A stretch of 64,000 bases of DNA from a virus. The notes under the pieces were generated by a model. That model did no database searches. It saw only the letters and a program-made list of their open reading frames with translations, and was not told the DNA's origin. Location of the stretch: IMG/VR virus record IMGVR_UViG_3300031112_000001. One strand, written 5' to 3'. Each line of letters begins with the position of its first letter. The first letter of the stretch is position 1. Of this stretch, positions 1-9,106 are shown in pieces. A program made the translations under genes and the position numbers.

Positions 1-1245
1 ATGGAGTTTTTCGTCAGTCCGCGATTCTGGGCAATGTTCAACGCCTTCTACGGCGGTAAGATGAAGAAGTTCGACCGTAACAAAGTCACTGTGCAGCGTG
101 GCTCGGATTTGATGATGTGGATGTTAGACCCGTACTACCGTCCAGAAGATGCAGATTCGAAACGTATGCAGGTGGTGAAGCGGATCTTAACCGAACGTGG
201 ATTCGAGCGTGGGATCAGAAACTTCGTTGACCGACATCAGTCTGTGTTTGCCGTGCTGACTGACCCGGAAGTCTGGAAGGAGATTTATCCAAGCAACCGC
301 AATACGTCGGGAGCCAGCGAGATTCTCCGTCAGCAATGGAAAACGTTCTTCGAAACACAATCGCATGGAATGTTCACCCGTCATCTCCCGATTATCTCAC
401 CGAAGCTTATCGTTTCGGAAGAGGGCCGTCGTGGGATCATGATTGACCCGGTCTTCACCGGTGCAATTGATGCGGTCAAGAACATCAGCTTACTGTACAC
501 ACGCGGTAAGATGATTGAGCCTCGTTTCTTAATCAGTCGTGCGATCAAAGCCAACCAACAGCTGGCGTATTTCCACATGGACTTCCGTCGTGAAGTGCTG
601 GAACAGAAACCCGGTTATTATCGTGGCAAGGTCAGTGCAACGCATATCCCGTTCTCGGGTCGTGCGACAATCTCACCTATCTCTGAACCGCATGATGCAT
701 GGAAGCTTAAAGCACCGTGGCGTTGGATGGTTGGGTTGATGTCGGTTGACATCGAAAACAAACTGTTGCGTCGTGGCTACTCACCACGGGAATGTGAGCG
801 CATCATTGCAATGGCCTGCATGCAGTTTATGCCAGAGGTCAAAGAGATTCTCGATGAGTTGATTCGTGAATCGCCGGGTGGCATTGGTATTCCTGTTGTA
901 CCGCTGCGTAACCCAACACTTGTGCAGTTGTCCGTGCAGTTGCTGTACATTGATGAAGTTGTGACCGATGTGAACCAGTGTTCTATCCGAATCTCCGACC
1001 GCGTTATCAAATGTGCGAACGGCGACTTCGATGGTGACCAGTTCATGGTGTACCGTCCAGTGGACAAACTCGAAATGGATCTTGCCGAAGCGTATCGTCC
1101 TGATAACGGCTTCATGTCTTCGACCAATGTTGATAAGGTAGAAGGTGGCATGATTTTACATAACGAGCTCATCAGTATGCAGAACCAGTTCCTCATTGAA
1201 GCGGATGAGGATGATGAAGTCGGTGTGGCTTTAGAAGATCTTTAG
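1..1245 (+). CDS. Multisubunit RNA polymerase beta-prime-like subunit, N-terminal-type fragment with catalytic DFDGD loop (may be truncated by window edge)
   Basis: Three motifs occur in the bacterial order: YRGKVSATHIPFSGRATISP (cf. beta-prime RVDYSGRSVI), VVPLRNPTLVQLSVQ (cf. LLNRAPTLHRLGIQ) and CANGDFDGDQFMV (cf. NADFDGDQM). The frame is open from nt 1; stop TAG at 1243-1245. Confidence 0.85.
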   Translation: MEFFVSPRFWAMFNAFYGGKMKKFDRNKVTVQRGSDLMMWMLDPYYRPEDADSKRMQVVKRILTERGFERGIRNFVDRHQSVFAVLTDPEVWKEIYPSNRNTSGASEILRQQWKTFFETQSHGMFTRHLPIISPKLIVSEEGRRGIMIDPVFTGAIDAVKNISLLYTRGKMIEPRFLISRAIKANQQLAYFHMDFRREVLEQKPGYYRGKVSATHIPFSGRATISPISEPHDAWKLKAPWRWMVGLMSVDIENKLLRRGYSPRECERIIAMACMQFMPEVKEILDELIRESPGGIGIPVVPLRNPTLVQLSVQLLYIDEVVTDVNQCSIRISDRVIKCANGDFDGDQFMVYRPVDKLEMDLAEAYRPDNGFMSSTNVDKVEGGMILHNELISMQNQFLIEADEDDEVGVALEDL

Positions 1246-1272
1246 TAACAACTGTAAGGAGTAACCAACGAA

Positions 1273-1863
1273 ATGGGCATGTGGAATCAGGCACTGAGCC
1301 CGTGGCATCAGCAAACCGAGGGTGGGGGGTTCTTTGATACTATCAAGGATACTTTCGACTTAAGTAAGTTATCCCCGGGGCTGTTGGAACGGGTCACAGA
1401 GCACAACAACGAGTTAATTGCACTGGATACATTCCGTAAGACCAATGCGGCCGCTCGTAAAGTTCTGTACGATGGACTGGATGATGTTATCCGAATTCTG
1501 GACAAGCTGGGCGAGTTCCAGTTTGCACCGGAATCTGTACAGGGTTATCTGGTCGCGATGCCTGAGTATCGTAATCTGTATAACCAGAACATGGCGGCAG
1601 GCTTCGAGAATGGCTTTGCGAAGGTAGACCCGTATCGTGGCACAGGCTACTTGCACACGGATACGAACTACCGCGAAATTACCAGTGATCTCCAGACTGA
1701 ATACGACACCGATCGTATTTGGCACTGGGCAGGTGACGAAGCGCGCACCAAACGACCCACGATGGTTGAGAAGCATATCGTGGTCAACATGAACTGGGCG
1801 AAGATGCGTGACATGGATTGGGAAGATGATGACCCACTGTCACAGCTTGGCGCGTCCTGCTAA
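1273..1863 (+). CDS. hypothetical protein (196 aa)
   Basis: ATG preceded by TGTAAGGAGTAAC. Followed by a strong terminator at 1870-1896. Confidence 0.8.
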   Translation: MGMWNQALSPWHQQTEGGGFFDTIKDTFDLSKLSPGLLERVTEHNNELIALDTFRKTNAAARKVLYDGLDDVIRILDKLGEFQFAPESVQGYLVAMPEYRNLYNQNMAAGFENGFAKVDPYRGTGYLHTDTNYREITSDLQTEYDTDRIWHWAGDEARTKRPTMVEKHIVVNMNWAKMRDMDWEDDDPLSQLGASC

Positions 1864-1869
1864 ATAAAG

Positions 1870-1896
1870 AGAGGGGTTGGTCGCCCCTCTTTTTTT
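1870..1896 (+). terminator. rho-independent terminator
   Basis: AGAGGGG-ttggtcg-CCCCTCT followed by T7. Confidence 0.85.
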
Positions 1897-1909
1897 GCTG
1901 GAGTTTGAA

Positions 1910-2284
1910 ATGGGAAAAGCAGTCGGCACCCTATCAGTCCGCGGCTGGGCCAAAACCCCAGAAGACATGATTCGTGAGTTGATGAATCATTACACCGAAG
2001 CAGGCGCAAGCCAGACGGTTATCTATCGCGGTAAAATTAAATCGCTGGCCTACACCAAGGCGATGCTGGCGCAACAGCCAGAGACAATGGCCGATCAGGT
2101 GAAACAGGATTTGCTGGACTTGTACGGTCAATATTTCGACGACCCGGAGTGTAGCGTCGAGGTTACGTACGAACCTGATTCCGACGTGCGGTTTAATCTC
2201 AACATCCAATTAAGTGTCGTACACAATGGTGTGCGGATGGATGCGGTGAATTACGTTGAAACGGTGAATGGAGAAAACACATGA
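1910..2284 (+). CDS. hypothetical protein (124 aa)
   Basis: ATG at 1910 with GGAG 7 nt upstream. The track start at 1877 (TTG) lies inside the terminator hairpin and is rejected. Confidence 0.7.
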   Translation: MGKAVGTLSVRGWAKTPEDMIRELMNHYTEAGASQTVIYRGKIKSLAYTKAMLAQQPETMADQVKQDLLDLYGQYFDDPECSVEVTYEPDSDVRFNLNIQLSVVHNGVRMDAVNYVETVNGENT

Positions 2285-2937
2285 GCCACGATTACGATGC
2301 AATAAAAGATAAGCTTACCCCTGAGGGTCAGTTTCATGTGGAGCGCCTGTTAGAAATGGAAAGTGAAATGAAACCGGCCATCGCCGGTGCTTCGCGTTTT
2401 CCAGAAGCGCACTTCCGTCGTCAGGGTCTGCCGATTCTGGCCATGATGTTGGATGACAAATTCGACCCGCAGCTGTGGGCGAACTACGTCGGGTCAATGT
2501 TTGTACCGCTTGAAGTGGTTTCAGACAGCGATTACGACGACGTGCTGTTCACGTTCCCGCCACTGCTCTATACCGGACAGACGTTGCGTCAGGTAGAAGG
2601 TCAGCCGTCACTGTCAGAAGAGTCTGCGGAGATTTACAACCAGACCCTTATCATGTCCAGTACCGGCCACAGCATGATGGCGAACCTGATTAAGGACACA
2701 CTGGGCGGGATTGATGACTTGTCGTTTCGTGAGAACACGATTCGTGCCTACAACACCATTAAGACTCTGAACTTTGTGTTCGAGCGTTATGGCCTCACTG
2801 GTCGTGTTCCCATGCCGGAAGGTTTGGAAGAAGCGGCACTGCGCATTGCAGGTAAACCAGTAGTAGCCAGCGGGGCGAAAGCTTCCAGCGCGGGATCACA
2901 AGGTGGGTATCATGGTGGTGGCGGAGAAGACCTTTAG
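2281..2937 (+). CDS. hypothetical protein (218 aa) with Gly-rich C-terminal linker and EDL tip
   Basis: ATGA overlap with the upstream stop suggests translational coupling. C-terminus is ASGAKASSAGSQGGYHGGGGEDL. Confidence 0.75.
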   Translation: MSHDYDAIKDKLTPEGQFHVERLLEMESEMKPAIAGASRFPEAHFRRQGLPILAMMLDDKFDPQLWANYVGSMFVPLEVVSDSDYDDVLFTFPPLLYTGQTLRQVEGQPSLSEESAEIYNQTLIMSSTGHSMMANLIKDTLGGIDDLSFRENTIRAYNTIKTLNFVFERYGLTGRVPMPEGLEEAALRIAGKPVVASGAKASSAGSQGGYHGGGGEDL

Positions 2938-2974
2938 TTTTCGTCCGATTGCAAAGGCGGCGTCCCTGACGCGC

Positions 2975-4078
2975 ATGTTGGTTTTCAGCGATGTTCATCT
3001 GTTACATCGCCGAGTCCCGACGTGGCATATGGTCACGTACCTGCGCGATATGATCGAAGCCTGTGGTAACACAGTTGATGCCATTTATATAGCAGGGGAC
3101 CTCTTTGACGATTCCCGCTATCTGCGCCAGTCTGATTCGCAAGAGTCCGTTGGCTTTGTTACTTGGCTGTTGTCTTGGTGCAAATCGACCAATACCGCCC
3201 TGCGCATTCTTGAAGGCACACCTTCTCACGACCACGGTCAATCGAAAATTGTCGAAACTCTAAACCTCGCGATAGGGGCAGAGTGTCTTTACTTAGACAA
3301 AATCGGCATCTTTTACGATGAGGTGATCAAAGCCACAGTAGGCTGGGTGCAAGACGAGTACAAGGCTAATGGTGCAGATAGTATAAATGCTGCTGCTACG
3401 GAACAAGAGATGGCCGAATTAATGGCCACCCGGTGCTTGAGTCAGGTTGACTACTTTTTCATGCACGGTTGTTTCAAGTTTCAACTTCCCATGATTGACT
3501 CACCAAGAAGTTTTGATGAGGCCTTCTGGTTGTCCCGCGTACGCCATGGCATCTATATCGGCCATGACCATCGACGCAAGATGTTGGATAAAATCACCGT
3601 TACCGGTTCTACAGACCGATTAACAGTGGGGGAAGAAGAACCCAAAGGCATGACCATCGTGGACTTTAATGACACGTTGAGTCGCAACTGGTTCTACGAG
3701 AATCCGTACGCGTGTCCACAACGTAAAGTGCGACACCATGATGACCAAGACGCGCACTACGAGGCGTGTATTGACGCATTACGGTATATCGACGAACACC
3801 CGGCGTCACAAATCGGTTGGCTTGAGATTGAATATCAGGCCGGTTCTCCGATAGCGGGTCATATCGCCCGCTGGAAGAAACAATACTCCTTTCACATCGA
3901 GGGGAGTAAGGTGGCAACTCCCGAAGAACAAGAGTTGCTCACGCAGGCCTTTTCCAATGAGGCCAGTGTGGTGGAAGCAATTACGCCCGAGAACACCGAG
4001 CGTATCCTGCTAGAAGAGATGGCGGGGATGAAATACAATCCCACTATCGTTGCTGAGATAATCAGGAAAGTCCTATGA
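2975..4078 (+). CDS. Mre11/SbcD-like calcineurin-type metallophosphoesterase (putative nuclease)
   Basis: Ordered phosphoesterase motifs: FSDVHL (DxH), IAGDLFDD (GDxxD), GTPSHD (GNHD-like), FMHG, IGHDHR (GHxH). Start chosen at MLVFSDVH (2975). The ORF is open from 2903, so the start is uncertain. Confidence 0.7.
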   Translation: MLVFSDVHLLHRRVPTWHMVTYLRDMIEACGNTVDAIYIAGDLFDDSRYLRQSDSQESVGFVTWLLSWCKSTNTALRILEGTPSHDHGQSKIVETLNLAIGAECLYLDKIGIFYDEVIKATVGWVQDEYKANGADSINAAATEQEMAELMATRCLSQVDYFFMHGCFKFQLPMIDSPRSFDEAFWLSRVRHGIYIGHDHRRKMLDKITVTGSTDRLTVGEEEPKGMTIVDFNDTLSRNWFYENPYACPQRKVRHHDDQDAHYEACIDALRYIDEHPASQIGWLEIEYQAGSPIAGHIARWKKQYSFHIEGSKVATPEEQELLTQAFSNEASVVEAITPENTERILLEEMAGMKYNPTIVAEIIRKVL

Positions 4079-4893
4079 CACCCATTAGCACTGACCGTGT
4101 TTTTGGGCATTATCCTGTCTCTATCGCCAGTTCGCTGGCGATCGAAGGTTTGACGCACACTGGTGAATTTGCCAGTTGGGGGGCTAAGCCTCCTATTCAT
4201 GACTATCAGGTATTGTACCTGAACCTCCGGACTCTGTTCCGTAACGCTTTCTACGCGTTTGAAGATAATCGTGAAAGATTGACACCCGACGTTTTACTGA
4301 CATCGATTGAAGAAGATATTAAAAATATTCTGGCTGCGGCACTGGCTGCAGCCCCTTCGATGTTATGTGTCCCGTACCTGTGTCAGTTTAACTCAGTGAA
4401 CAAAACGTTCCCTGAAGCGGCATTTCGCAATGCGAATACCCCGTCACAGATTTTCTACAATTCGCTGGAGCAAGACGTTTACAAACAGGTCGTGGGGCAA
4501 AAGTTGTGGGGTACGGAATTCTTCGACTGTGCGCCAAAAGGCGAACACGACACGATATTGCTCACCCATATGCCGTCGGACTTATTAGCCCGCTCGGAGT
4601 TCCCGAAACTTGCCTTAATCGAATCCCACACCGGCAAACTCAAAACCCACAGGGAATGGTACACCAAGGTAAACGGCAAGTCCGCTCAGATTCCGTTTAA
4701 CAAGGCGTTCCTGACCTTGTTCGGTGATGGGGTCATGTTCCATCCGCTTGACAGGAAGGTTCGTAACGTGGTGACCAAGGCAGCGGAGAAATACCACTGG
4801 TCGCAGTCTACCACCATGGACCGTATCAACAACTGCCTGAGGCTGGTGAACGAACCGCACGTGGTCGATTACCTGCGTAAACTCGCGCGCTAG
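4075..4893 (+). CDS. hypothetical protein (272 aa)
   Basis: ATGA overlap with the upstream gene. No recognisable motifs and no P-loop. Confidence 0.7.
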   Translation: MTPISTDRVFGHYPVSIASSLAIEGLTHTGEFASWGAKPPIHDYQVLYLNLRTLFRNAFYAFEDNRERLTPDVLLTSIEEDIKNILAAALAAAPSMLCVPYLCQFNSVNKTFPEAAFRNANTPSQIFYNSLEQDVYKQVVGQKLWGTEFFDCAPKGEHDTILLTHMPSDLLARSEFPKLALIESHTGKLKTHREWYTKVNGKSAQIPFNKAFLTLFGDGVMFHPLDRKVRNVVTKAAEKYHWSQSTTMDRINNCLRLVNEPHVVDYLRKLAR

Positions 4894-4955
4894 TTTTTTA
4901 CATTACCGGGTCTTAATTTGAAGGTAAGACCTACAGCATTTACGAAGGATGAAAA

Positions 4956-5651
4956 ATGAACGAACAAATTTTTAATGACCGCACGCTCTTTCCCCTGTCA
5001 GAGCCGGACAATCAGGGCAAGCAACGTAAGCTTAACATTGAGCCTAACGTGTTCAACGGCGACTGCGAAGGCTTGAAGTTTTCTTACAGCTGGGGCAAAG
5101 GCGAAGGCGTGTACTTCGATGCTCCGTATGGCACTTCGCGTCAGATTATCGAAGCGCTGCAAGACGCACTGAAAAAGCCAGAGAAGTTAACCCTGTCGTT
5201 TGAAAACGGTCGTGGTAACAAAGCGCCAAGCGTTATCCATGTGGGTCGTGGTGAAGACCTGGTACCGTTCATGGCTATCTCTGGTGAAGTCAATGGTCAG
5301 AAGCGCACCAAGAAGTTCTTCTTCTATCCGGCGAAAGGTTTCCGCGTTCTGCGCGACGGTCAGCCAATCAGCGATCTGGAAATGCGTGAGCGTTGTGCTC
5401 GTTCGTTTGTCACTGACTTCGACCTGTTCCTGCAACACCTGCTGAAAGTGTACAAGCCGCGTGACTTCAACAACGCTGGCGGTTTCGGTAATAAAGGTGG
5501 CGGTGGTGGTTACAACCGCGGCGCAGGCAACCAAGGTGGCGGCTACCAGAACAATAACCAAGGTGGCGGTCAGCAAGGCGGTTATCAGCAAAACAATAAC
5601 AACAATCGTCAGGCACCGCCTGACCAGTCGTTCGACGACATCATGCTTTAA
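4956..5651 (+). CDS. putative ssDNA-binding protein (SSB-like architecture)
   Basis: About 165 aa of globular N-terminus. This is followed by a Gly/Gln/Asn-rich low-complexity linker (GGFGNKGGGGGYNRGAGNQGGGYQNNNQGGGQQGGYQQNNNNN) and an acidic-hydrophobic tip, PPDQSFDDIML (cf. bacterial SSB DFDDDIPF). GAAGGA RBS; hairpin follows. Confidence 0.5.
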   Translation: MNEQIFNDRTLFPLSEPDNQGKQRKLNIEPNVFNGDCEGLKFSYSWGKGEGVYFDAPYGTSRQIIEALQDALKKPEKLTLSFENGRGNKAPSVIHVGRGEDLVPFMAISGEVNGQKRTKKFFFYPAKGFRVLRDGQPISDLEMRERCARSFVTDFDLFLQHLLKVYKPRDFNNAGGFGNKGGGGGYNRGAGNQGGGYQNNNQGGGQQGGYQQNNNNNRQAPPDQSFDDIML

Positions 5652-5660
5652 TAAAGCGAT

Positions 5661-5688
5661 GGGTGTGGCCTGCAGGCCACACCCCTTT
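5661..5688 (+). terminator. perfect 10-bp palindromic hairpin (possible terminator, weak T-run)
   Basis: GGGTGTGGCC-tgca-GGCCACACCC then CTTT. Lies after the SSB-like gene. Confidence 0.5.
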
Positions 5689-5734
5689 AGCGGTTATGTG
5701 TACTGCTAGCATTTGGACCCACTGGATAAGATCT

Positions 5735-5758
5735 GAAATAGATATTATCATCGTGAAC
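5735..5758 (+). promoter_or_regulatory. promoter-like motif copy 1
   Basis: GAAATAGATATTATCATCGTGAAC; intergenic, 26 nt before ATG 5784, after hairpin 5661-5688. Confidence 0.6.
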
Positions 5759-5783
5759 TATCAACTGGTATCGGAGTTTTCGC

Positions 5784-7400
5784 ATGAAAATCAAAAAGGT
5801 CAAAGACGAGATTACGATTTCGCGTAATGGTCAGACCCTCACGTTCGACGGCCTGCCCGCCATTAACCGCAAGCGTAATACGATCCAGACCGATTTGAGT
5901 CGCGATGATTTGTTGTTCCTCGAACTCGAACGTTACTGGGCTACGCTTCCGGCGAAAAGTCTCGATGAGCTGTGGGAAGCTTACGAGATGGTTCAGGACT
6001 TGACGGCTGTGGATTCTTCTTTATTGGAAGAGCATCTGCCAAAAGTCATTCGTGTTATCGACCGCTTACACCCGCCTGAGGTGTTCAAGCAGTTGTATCC
6101 CATGAACAAGGTGTGGATTCCTGAGAAGCTCCAAGAGAACTTTGACGGACTTCCGCCAAACTACCCTGAGGCGATGACCTATATCCGCCCGGAGTATTAC
6201 GAGCTGTTGATTGAAACCTTGGCCATCAAACCATTCCTGCCGGTGTTTAACCTGTTGGGTGCGTATATCGGTGGTAAAGGTCTGTCGCAAGACACCAAGC
6301 GTAAAGTGGTACTGAGCATGGTGCGTTGCTTCAGTGTTATCTCGGATACCGCAGTAGCCCGTTCGCCAGCCATTGATAAGCTGCGGGTGTTCCTGAACTG
6401 TCTGGTTGAGAAGTTCCAGCGTGAGTCGAACAAAGGCATGGGCGGCACAAGCCTGTCTGTGTTGGCATCGGTTCGGGGCTATGGGTCGGATATGTTGGAA
6501 GAGTATCTTCTGGCGTACACCGTGGTATACGTACTGGGCCTGCATCCGGTGGGTGCGGACTTTGCGACAGCGGATCTCAACGACAACAACACCATCTCGC
6601 AAATCTTCTATGCGATTCGTGGTGAAGTGGACGGTGGCTTTGCTTCAAAGATTTCCGGTCAATCGGTTATCTTAAAGCAGCATCCGAGCAACACGGTATT
6701 TAATGGTGAGAAGGGTAAGACGAACGCCATTGACTTGGTACAGGCACGTAGCCCTGCACCGGTGAAGGAGTTTGTCCGAACTGCGGTTGCGTTCAAAGAT
6801 TACCGTCGGTTTATCAAGACGCTGAAGAACATCGACATCGCACCGGCCACGGTGAAGACGTTGATTGATTCGATTCTGGTCAACCACACCGGGCCTATCT
6901 ACGAACTGCATGAATGGTTGGTGGCAGCAGCACTGCACTCGAAGGCACACCGTCAAACGTACAAAGATATCGAAGTCGAATTCAAGTACGGCATGGGCAT
7001 TGCTCAGGCAGTGTATCTGCATTACGGCATGCACGAAGTGGCGGCGTTACTCAGTTGTCAGATGTTGCCGGGCAATGTGTCGGGCCATCCCATCTACGCA
7101 ATCGAACCTGATATCAAAATTAAGATGGATAGATATTATCCTCATGACTATCGCACTGTTAAAGGTGGCGGTAACAGCGAGAGTCCGGCTCGTGAATCGT
7201 TGCGTCTGTTGTTAGACCAGCATATCGCGCCGTACTACTTCAACTTCAACTGTACCGAAGAGGCCAGGGTACTGTTGAAAAGCGACTCCACGACGGTGGA
7301 ACGCATGAAACTGGGTGGACGCATCCAGTCTCAACTGGCCGAATTCTTGACCATCCAAGCGCGTAGAAAACTGGATGAAGTCGATTTCTTTGTATCGTAA
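5784..7400 (+). CDS. hypothetical protein (538 aa)
   Basis: First gene after promoter-like motif 5735-5758; GGAG RBS. Contains an internal copy of the promoter motif at 7125-7148. Confidence 0.8.
   Translation: MKIKKVKDEITISRNGQTLTFDGLPAINRKRNTIQTDLSRDDLLFLELERYWATLPAKSLDELWEAYEMVQDLTAVDSSLLEEHLPKVIRVIDRLHPPEVFKQLYPMNKVWIPEKLQENFDGLPPNYPEAMTYIRPEYYELLIETLAIKPFLPVFNLLGAYIGGKGLSQDTKRKVVLSMVRCFSVISDTAVARSPAIDKLRVFLNCLVEKFQRESNKGMGGTSLSVLASVRGYGSDMLEEYLLAYTVVYVLGLHPVGADFATADLNDNNTISQIFYAIRGEVDGGFASKISGQSVILKQHPSNTVFNGEKGKTNAIDLVQARSPAPVKEFVRTAVAFKDYRRFIKTLKNIDIAPATVKTLIDSILVNHTGPIYELHEWLVAAALHSKAHRQTYKDIEVEFKYGMGIAQAVYLHYGMHEVAALLSCQMLPGNVSGHPIYAIEPDIKIKMDRYYPHDYRTVKGGGNSESPARESLRLLLDQHIAPYYFNFNCTEEARVLLKSDSTTVERMKLGGRIQSQLAEFLTIQARRKLDEVDFFVS
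7125..7148 (+). promoter_or_regulatory. promoter-like motif copy 2 (intragenic)
   Basis: ATGGATAGATATTATCCTCATGAC; inside CDS 5784-7400 (codes KMDRYYPHD), ~270 nt before ATG 7415. Shares 20 consecutive nt with copy 3. Confidence 0.5.
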
Positions 7401-7414
7401 GGAGTAATTAATAA

Positions 7415-9088
7415 ATGAAATTAGTCAACATGTTGATGTACCCGGTCTATGGTATCCCTGAGCAGATTCGTCGTCGTATGGCGTACAGCTCTTCTCTCTC
7501 AGCGATGGATGAGCTGAAAGAAATCGTGTCGCGTGAAGGCCGTAACGCGACTTCAACACCCCTGTACCAGCAGGCGCTGTCTGATGTGGTTTCCTTCGAC
7601 TCGACGCCGACCGGTGTTGAGCGTCCACTGGTTAACGTGGGCGAAGGTAACATCGTCGACCGCTTCAACTATAACAGCGACAATACCGATGTGTACAACT
7701 TCATCGCTGTTCTGGTGGCTGACCCTGTCAATGACACACGCAGCCAAGAAACACAATTTATCATCACCGGTTATACCAGTCGTGGAGAGCAATCGTTGTC
7801 GGGCTTACTGCCAGATGACATGGTGCTTTATATCAACGACGTATACGGCATGCAGCAGACGTACGGTGCACCGGATCTGTTCGGTCAGCGTCACGTTATC
7901 CCGGGCAGTGAGCGGATGGTGGACAACTACGTGTTGTCTCAGGCACTGAGTGTGGACTCCTATCAAGAATCGACCATCGACCTGATTTCCATTGCGAAGT
8001 CAGCGGACATGGTTCGCAAGATTGAGCTGGGTGCCAACGAAGCATTCGTGCCGGATTCCACCACCATCTTCTCACCGGTGGCTTCAACACAGGCGCAGTT
8101 AATGTCCTCGCGTCTGACCAGTCCGGGTGAGTTTGTCAATGCGATGTCAACGAGTTACCTGAAGTCTCGTGGTCAGGACGACACGCTGACGGCCGTCGAT
8201 TCGTTCTTTGACTCTGATGGCGCAAACGGCGTGCAGCGTGAACTGAATGGCATGGGTGTGATGCGCAGCTTTGCATCGTTCCCGTTCATCCGTTCTCTGC
8301 GTGAATCCCTGCAACGTAATACCGGCCTAGGCAGTGATGCGTGGCGTAATGCCCAGAAGGCGAACTTCCGCCTGATGGATATCCGTGCGGCAATCTCAAA
8401 CCCTGAGAAGCTGAACACGGACATCATCACGTCACTGCATGATGCGTTCATGAACCGTACCGGTATCATCGAGAAGACCGATGACTGGTTGTCCATGAAT
8501 GACTATTCAACGCCGGCTTCACTGGTTGCGTTTGATATCGCAATGCAGCTGTCACAGGTCATGGCCCGCAGTAAAGTGGGCGCGTGTGCTATCACGTTTG
8601 ATAACTTGAATACAGACTTCGTGACCGAACCGACTCTGATGGTCAACCCGAATTCTGTCGAAGGTCTTCTGAAGACGCAGTTGTCCGGTGCACTGGCCAA
8701 CCAGCTGATGCAGGATCTGAAGCGTTTGTTCATTACCGTGAGCAAGCACAACAGCCTTCGCTTTGAGGTGTTCATCATCGCACGTCTGGGTACGGTCAAC
8801 CGTGTTGAGATCAGAATGGATGGGGACTTGGTTAAAGAGTTCTTCACCTTCGCCTCCTTCATGTCAAACCGTCTGCACATGGGTAACACCACTGACCTGA
8901 AATACGTCGGCCAATTGGCTAAAGACACCGAACGCCTGTTCTCAAGCATCGACGAAGCATACGTCGATAACGAGCGCAAGGTAGGTAAGAGCAATCTCCA
9001 ATTCAACATTCCTGATGCGCCGAGTTCGGGCAGTCTGGGACTGGGTGGTTTGGGGTTATCTTCCGATAACGATAACTTCACACTCTGA
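7415..9088 (+). CDS. hypothetical protein (557 aa) with Gly/Leu linker and DNDNFTL tip
   Basis: GTAAGGAGTAAT RBS block. C-terminus is SSGSLGLGGLGLSSDNDNFTL. Confidence 0.8.
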   Translation: MKLVNMLMYPVYGIPEQIRRRMAYSSSLSAMDELKEIVSREGRNATSTPLYQQALSDVVSFDSTPTGVERPLVNVGEGNIVDRFNYNSDNTDVYNFIAVLVADPVNDTRSQETQFIITGYTSRGEQSLSGLLPDDMVLYINDVYGMQQTYGAPDLFGQRHVIPGSERMVDNYVLSQALSVDSYQESTIDLISIAKSADMVRKIELGANEAFVPDSTTIFSPVASTQAQLMSSRLTSPGEFVNAMSTSYLKSRGQDDTLTAVDSFFDSDGANGVQRELNGMGVMRSFASFPFIRSLRESLQRNTGLGSDAWRNAQKANFRLMDIRAAISNPEKLNTDIITSLHDAFMNRTGIIEKTDDWLSMNDYSTPASLVAFDIAMQLSQVMARSKVGACAITFDNLNTDFVTEPTLMVNPNSVEGLLKTQLSGALANQLMQDLKRLFITVSKHNSLRFEVFIIARLGTVNRVEIRMDGDLVKEFFTFASFMSNRLHMGNTTDLKYVGQLAKDTERLFSSIDEAYVDNERKVGKSNLQFNIPDAPSSGSLGLGGLGLSSDNDNFTL

Positions 9089-9106
9089 GCAAGGATCAAT
9101 TAACCG

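Noticed and set aside
1877-1909. Upstream extension (TTG 1877) of the 1910-2284 gene; likewise 39475, 41205, 26829, 27341, 34521, 35452, 44584, 53399, 33401 and 32157 as track ORF starts
   Set aside because: The extensions run through terminator hairpins or into neighbouring genes. In each case an internal ATG with a proper SD sits just after the upstream stop.
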